Shown: piece after piece, positions 25,583-29,565 of the stretch
How positions within the stretch are numbered: position 1 is the first letter of the stretch
Layout: each line of letters opens with the position of its first letter
Source of the DNA: a virus
Length of the DNA: 29,565 nucleotides
Reading direction: 5' to 3' (one strand)
Virus genome (UHGV): UHGV-0175179
Program-made: the position numbers and the translations under genes
Notes under the pieces: generated by a model
What the model was told of the DNA's origin: nothing
Databases searched by the model: none
What the model saw: only the letters and a program-made list of their open reading frames with translations

Positions 25583-26300
25583 TTCAGTTATTAAAATTGC
25601 CGATGATATGTCGGCTTTATCCTGCTCAGTTATTCCGGCGCATCCCTGGGTTTACGGTCTGGGACAGAACACCGATTCAGGCGGTTATCTCAGTCCGGCC
25701 AATGCGCTGGGATACCTTGCTAAAAAGCTGTTATCCGGTGGCGGTAGCGGTAGCGGTGATGTCATCGTCATGATGGTGGCGGAAAATACCCACGACGCTT
25801 TTATGCAGGGACTGAATAAACTGTCCACCGTATTTCCGGCCCCGGTATTTACGCAGGTAAGCCGTATGGCCGCAGCCGCCGCAGAACTCAGCACGGTAAA
25901 AATGCAGTTGCCGGTTAAAGCCGATGTATTGCCAGCCAGTACGCCGTTATCAGTCTCAACCAACCGGCTGGCGCTGAATGCCCAGCGTGTTGCCGCCGCG
26001 CAGCTGGCCGCCGCAGTCAGTACCACCACAACAGATCTAAAAAACCAGGTGACGGGATTTATTCAGGAGCGGGCCGGTTTGCTGGCCTCACTCAGCCAGG
26101 GACTGGATGAACTGAAAGCCGCCAGCGCGAATATTTTTTCATTCAGCTACAGCGGGAATTATGCCGTTGCCGCCGCTGAATTACTGAAAGGCATCCCGCA
26201 AACAACGGCAGTGCATACCGCCGCGATGATGTTTATCGGGGATTCGTTATCTGACTTAGGGAAGATGCTACATGAGCCAGACCGCACTACTCGCGCTTGA
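25572..26300 (+). CDS. Hypothetical protein (242 aa); tail-associated or cargo
   Basis: ATG at 25572 with GAAGG RBS, overlapping the Tfa stop. Gly/Ser linker GGGSGSG and an Ala-rich helical C-terminal half. No motif recognised. Confidence 0.4.
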   Translation: MWRNSVIKIADDMSALSCSVIPAHPWVYGLGQNTDSGGYLSPANALGYLAKKLLSGGGSGSGDVIVMMVAENTHDAFMQGLNKLSTVFPAPVFTQVSRMAAAAAELSTVKMQLPVKADVLPASTPLSVSTNRLALNAQRVAAAQLAAAVSTTTTDLKNQVTGFIQERAGLLASLSQGLDELKAASANIFSFSYSGNYAVAAAELLKGIPQTTAVHTAAMMFIGDSLSDLGKMLHEPDRTTRA

Positions 26301-26814
26301 TGGTGAAGGGATCGCCATGCAGAACATGCTGGTTTCACCTTCCATGCAGTTTCAGGAGAAAGACCAGTCGGGCCAGACATCGAGCACGGCCAATGCTGAA
26401 CAGGGTATCAAGGCCAAAGAGCTGCGCGTGTCGGGTCTGGTGACATTCGACGACGAAGCCGTCTTACAGCGGCTTTTCCAGCTGGCATCCGCGACCGAAG
26501 CCAGCGGCGCACTGAAAAAGTACCGCGTAGCCAATGCGACGGCGACGGCTATCAACCTTCGTGAAGCCACGTTTACCGGTCAGATTGATGCCGTACCGCA
26601 GGAGGATCGCCTTGCCTGGCAGGTAAGTTTCACCCTGCGTGAAAAAGGCAGCGTCCCGGAAAAACGACAGGCCCGAAAAGGCAACGCGACGGCCAGCACC
26701 AAGCAAACAGGGGTAAAGGGCGCGGGTCCGGCTGCCGGTGCTGATGAGCCAGCCGACAAAATGAGCTGGTTTGAAGAAAAGGTCTTAAAGCCGGTCAACG
26801 ATGCGCTGGGGTAA
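26272..26814 (+). CDS. Hypothetical protein (180 aa); tail-associated or cargo
   Basis: Overlaps the upstream ORF by 29 nt. No motif recognised. Confidence 0.4.
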   Translation: MSQTALLALDGEGIAMQNMLVSPSMQFQEKDQSGQTSSTANAEQGIKAKELRVSGLVTFDDEAVLQRLFQLASATEASGALKKYRVANATATAINLREATFTGQIDAVPQEDRLAWQVSFTLREKGSVPEKRQARKGNATASTKQTGVKGAGPAAGADEPADKMSWFEEKVLKPVNDALG

Positions 26815-26821
26815 TTAAACG

Positions 26822-28546
26822 ATGAAACCAATTAAACGCCTGTACCTTTCCTCTGATCCGGTCCATCTGATTGACTGCAATATCGTGCTGGAGCTGAACG
26901 CGTGCGGTCGGGGGTTTATTACGGCAGGGACAGAGACAGATTACACCGGCAAGATGGTGCGGATCGATGTTGGCTATGATGGTCTGGTCCTGCGCTGGTT
27001 TACCGGGTACGTTGAACGGTCACAGCCTGCTGATAATGGAACATGCCGGTTATTCGTGCGTGAGCTGGTTGGCATCTTTGACAAATTGTGGCCGTGTTCT
27101 TTCCAGCATCCAACGCTGCGCCAGATTACTGACTGGATAAGTGAGCAAAGCGGGCTTACCGTCACAACGCCGGTCGGCGCTGCTTATGCAGATAAACCGA
27201 TCCCCCACTTTACGCATAGCGGCACGGGCTATCAGCTTCTTGCCAGTCTGGGCCGTGCATTTTCAGTGACGGATTATCTTTGGTATCAGCTGCCGGACGG
27301 GGATGTCTTCGTCGGCGCTGCGGAGCACAGTCTTTTTGCGGGTAAACCAGTGGAGATCCCGCACGAATTTAGCCAGGAATCGGCAGGCGGAAATTCAATG
27401 GTTGTGCCAATGATTCAGAGCCTGCGACCGGGTGCGGAAGTGAACGGCCAGCGGCTGAACCAGGTTCGGCTAAATAACGACGACATGGCAATCACATGGC
27501 AGCCCCGCAACAAAGCCAACGGCCAGCCATTGCAAAAATCACCGATTCAGCGGCAGATTGAAAACGCATTCCCGGAGCTGGCAAGCGGCCTGCATCTTCC
27601 AAAGTTCGCCAGGGTGGAAGCACCAAGCGAGGATGTTTCCGGGGGGAATATTGCCGATCCATTCCGCCCGCGCTACGCCGTGGATCTCCAGCTGCTTGAC
27701 GAAGACGGCAAGCCAGCCGCAAATACGCCGGTTTATTCTGCCGTTCCGCTACCTGTGCCAATGGCGGGCAGCGAGTCGGGAATGTTCCAGTTTCCGCCCC
27801 CTGGCACGCTGGTTGAAATTGGGTTCACTGAGGGGCGGCAGGATAAGCCCTTTGTGCGCCAGATTATGGCGGAGGGTCATAACCTGCCAGCGGTTAAACC
27901 CGGCGAGCAGTTGCAGCAACAGCGCGATGGTGTATCGCAGCGCGTGACGGTTGCCGGAGACTGGGAACGCCAGACGGACCAGACAATCCGCGAAAACTCC
28001 ATGATGCGCGAAGTCACCACCGACGAAGAGATCCGCAAAGTGGTTGTCCGTGAAACTACGGTCCAGGCAACGGATAAAACAACCGTGCTTGGCACGGCCA
28101 CACTTCTGGCCGGGGCGGTGGTCCATATCAGCGAGGGTGATTACAGTATCGGCACATCCGGCAACCTGACAGTAACCTGCAGCAAGGACAATTCCGTCAG
28201 TGTTGGCCGGAACGTAAAACGGGACGTCGCGGGCGATGTTACAGACGACGTGAAAGGGAATGTTACGTCAAACGTCAGCGGCGCACTGACTGAAAAAATC
28301 AGCGGCATCCGCCGAAGTGTGGCCCAGGCGCAACAGCTGATTGCCCCGGTGGTAAAACTGGGAAGCGAAGAGATTAACGTCCTGACACTACTCACCGACA
28401 CCCTGGACGTGGTGAGGGAGCTGGCAGAGACTGCCGCGTCACATACTCACCCCAATACAGGGGCCAGCGGGCAGGCTGCACAGTTCACCGCAACGGCCAC
28501 TAAAACCGGCACATTAAAAAGCAAATACGGTCCCCTGATAGCCTGA
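26822..28546 (+). CDS. Baseplate central spike protein (gpV / gp5-like OB fold with C-terminal beta-helix)
   Basis: FPPPGTLVEIGFTEGRQDKPFV matches the gpV/gp5 OB-fold signature. C-terminal repeats (GDVTDDVKGNVTSNVSG) and HTHPNTG resemble spike beta-helix and apex His motifs. Confidence 0.6.
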   Translation: MKPIKRLYLSSDPVHLIDCNIVLELNACGRGFITAGTETDYTGKMVRIDVGYDGLVLRWFTGYVERSQPADNGTCRLFVRELVGIFDKLWPCSFQHPTLRQITDWISEQSGLTVTTPVGAAYADKPIPHFTHSGTGYQLLASLGRAFSVTDYLWYQLPDGDVFVGAAEHSLFAGKPVEIPHEFSQESAGGNSMVVPMIQSLRPGAEVNGQRLNQVRLNNDDMAITWQPRNKANGQPLQKSPIQRQIENAFPELASGLHLPKFARVEAPSEDVSGGNIADPFRPRYAVDLQLLDEDGKPAANTPVYSAVPLPVPMAGSESGMFQFPPPGTLVEIGFTEGRQDKPFVRQIMAEGHNLPAVKPGEQLQQQRDGVSQRVTVAGDWERQTDQTIRENSMMREVTTDEEIRKVVVRETTVQATDKTTVLGTATLLAGAVVHISEGDYSIGTSGNLTVTCSKDNSVSVGRNVKRDVAGDVTDDVKGNVTSNVSGALTEKISGIRRSVAQAQQLIAPVVKLGSEEINVLTLLTDTLDVVRELAETAASHTHPNTGASGQAAQFTATATKTGTLKSKYGPLIA

Positions 28547-28750
28547 CAAAAAGCGGTATAATCGCACACCTCACCAGACACCACAGAACGCGCCACAGCA
28601 GGCGCAAGCATTAAAGGTCGCCACCGTGCGGCCTTTCTTTCGTTCGTTCAACAGCGGCCCACAGCGTAAGCGACAGCTGGCAGACGGAAGCGGATCCAGG
28701 ACGGAAACGGCGCTACACCGCACCCGCCTGCGCAGTTTGGATCATAAAAA

Positions 28751-29041
28751 TTTTGCAAAAGAAATTTTGTGCAAAGCACCCCGCCAGCCTGCGCCGCTGC
28801 TGGGCTTTTGAATCCTGCGGGTGTTTGCACGCTGCGCAAAGATTTGCAGCACTTTGCAAAAGTCACCGCGCCGCCAGTTGCTAACCGACTGGATAACATG
28901 ATGTTTTTAAAAGGATCGTTTTAGATTCCGTCACGATCAAATGTGGTCGGCGGTAGTCTGGAAAGTTTCTTTGAAAAATGCGTGAAGCCTTGCGCGGCAA
29001 GGCTTTGGGGGAAAATGAGGCTGCTATAGTTTTTGCAAAAT
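28751..29041. repeat. Cluster of TTTGCA(A) / TGCAAA(G) repeats and dyads in the 3' non-coding region
   Basis: TTTTGCAAAAG (28751), TTTGTGCAAAG (28767), TTTGCACGCTGCGCAAAG dyad (28824-28841), TTTGCAGCACTTTGCAAAAG (28843-28862), TTTTTGCAAAAT (29030). A perfect palindrome GCCTTGC-GCG-GCAAGGC at 28987-29003. Confidence 0.5.
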
Positions 29042-29055
29042 AATGCGAGGAAGGA

Positions 29056-29565
29056 TCAATCGGGCAAGCGCCCTTTTGTCACTTCATAATCAACCATTTT
29101 GTTTGTTTTTGTGTCAAGGGTGCATGAATACGTCATGTTAACTTTGGCGTTAAACCCATTCGTAAATTTCAGTTTGTCACCCACGTAAACAATCTGGTTT
29201 TGTTCCGGTTTATTGATGTACCGACTAAAGATATTTTCAAATGCACCGTTGGTCCATTCGAAATCATACTTTGAAGTTTTCTCAATCGGGCTTTTGCAGG
29301 CTACCAAAGCATCAACCAAATGGGCTTCAAAAATACACTGCCCATCATTCTTATCACACACCTTTACTTTTGGCTCATCTTTGGCCGTTGCCTCTTCATC
29401 ACCGCTGAAATACCAGTAACCAATTGCCCCAAGGATTAAAAGAAAAACAAAACCACCCATTGCATCTTTGGCGCTAAAGCCAGGATCCTTTACTCCACAA
29501 TGAGGGCAAGTCTTAGCCTTTGCTGATACCTCTTTTTTGCACTCTTTACATTTTGTCATTGCCAT
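29056..29565 (-). CDS. Zinc-ribbon membrane protein (N-terminal CxxC...CxxC, one TM segment, periplasmic domain); reaches the window edge
   Basis: MAMTKCKECKKEVSAKAKTCPHCG zinc ribbon, then hydrophobic GGFVFLLILGAIGYWYF. Low G+C relative to the prophage. Likely host gene or prophage-edge cargo. Confidence 0.5.
   Translation of the reverse strand: MAMTKCKECKKEVSAKAKTCPHCGVKDPGFSAKDAMGGFVFLLILGAIGYWYFSGDEEATAKDEPKVKVCDKNDGQCIFEAHLVDALVACKSPIEKTSKYDFEWTNGAFENIFSRYINKPEQNQIVYVGDKLKFTNGFNAKVNMTYSCTLDTKTNKMVDYEVTKGRLPD

Larger units (their letters stand above)
1..28546. mobile_element. P2-like prophage, apparently complete integrase-to-spike gene set; exact att boundaries not resolved
   Basis: Continuous phage gene set: tyrosine integrase, C-type repressor, gpA HUH initiator, portal, terminases, capsid, contractile tail, lysis genes. 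Gene order of int/C/cox/A and P/Q/O/N/M/L matches phage P2. No flanking direct repeat was found, so the ends are approximate. Confidence 0.85.

Noticed and set aside
28626-28899. Short ORFs (61 aa plus strand, 83 aa minus strand) in the 3' non-coding region
   Set aside because: No RBS, a GTG-only start for one, and they overlap the repeat array. More likely non-coding regulatory or att sequence.
28547-29055. attR as a direct repeat of sequence near int
   Set aside because: Manual comparison of 1-153 with 28547-29055 found only 6-8 bp chance matches. The prophage right boundary is therefore left unassigned.
1-29565. CRISPR arrays, tRNA or rRNA genes
   Set aside because: No regularly spaced direct repeats of CRISPR type and no tRNA-like cloverleaf candidates at the prophage ends were seen. 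The only repeat clusters are those reported above.

Overview
The window is almost entirely one P2-like (Peduoviridae-type) temperate myovirus prophage in a high-GC enterobacterial-type background. All calls rest on reading the six-frame translations and the DNA by eye; no database search was run, so family assignments are motif- and synteny-based recollection. Leftward integrase and C-type repressor sit at the 5' end, followed by a rightward early operon (Cox-like regulator, small ORFs, Dam-like and Dcm-like methyltransferases, gpA-type rolling-circle initiator). A short AT-rich islet with two ~70-aa ORFs lies between gpA and a leftward Ogr/Delta-like activator, portal (Q) and large terminase (P). 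Rightward late genes follow: scaffold (O), major capsid (N), small terminase (M), head completion (L), tail completion proteins, sheath, tube, a lysis cassette, a frameshifted tail chaperone, tape measure, baseplate, tail fibre, fibre assembly, two unknowns and a central spike. The head and early modules follow P2 order; the tail module does not, so the phage is mosaic. The last ~1 kb is a repeat-rich non-coding stretch and a low-GC zinc-ribbon membrane protein gene cut by the window edge. No CRISPR array, tRNA or rRNA was recognised. The best candidates for something undescribed are the AT-rich islet at the P2 tin/old hotspot position, the Dcm-like gene with internal repeats and motifs split across two frames, the two unknown genes after the fibre assembly gene, and the 3' repeat cluster.
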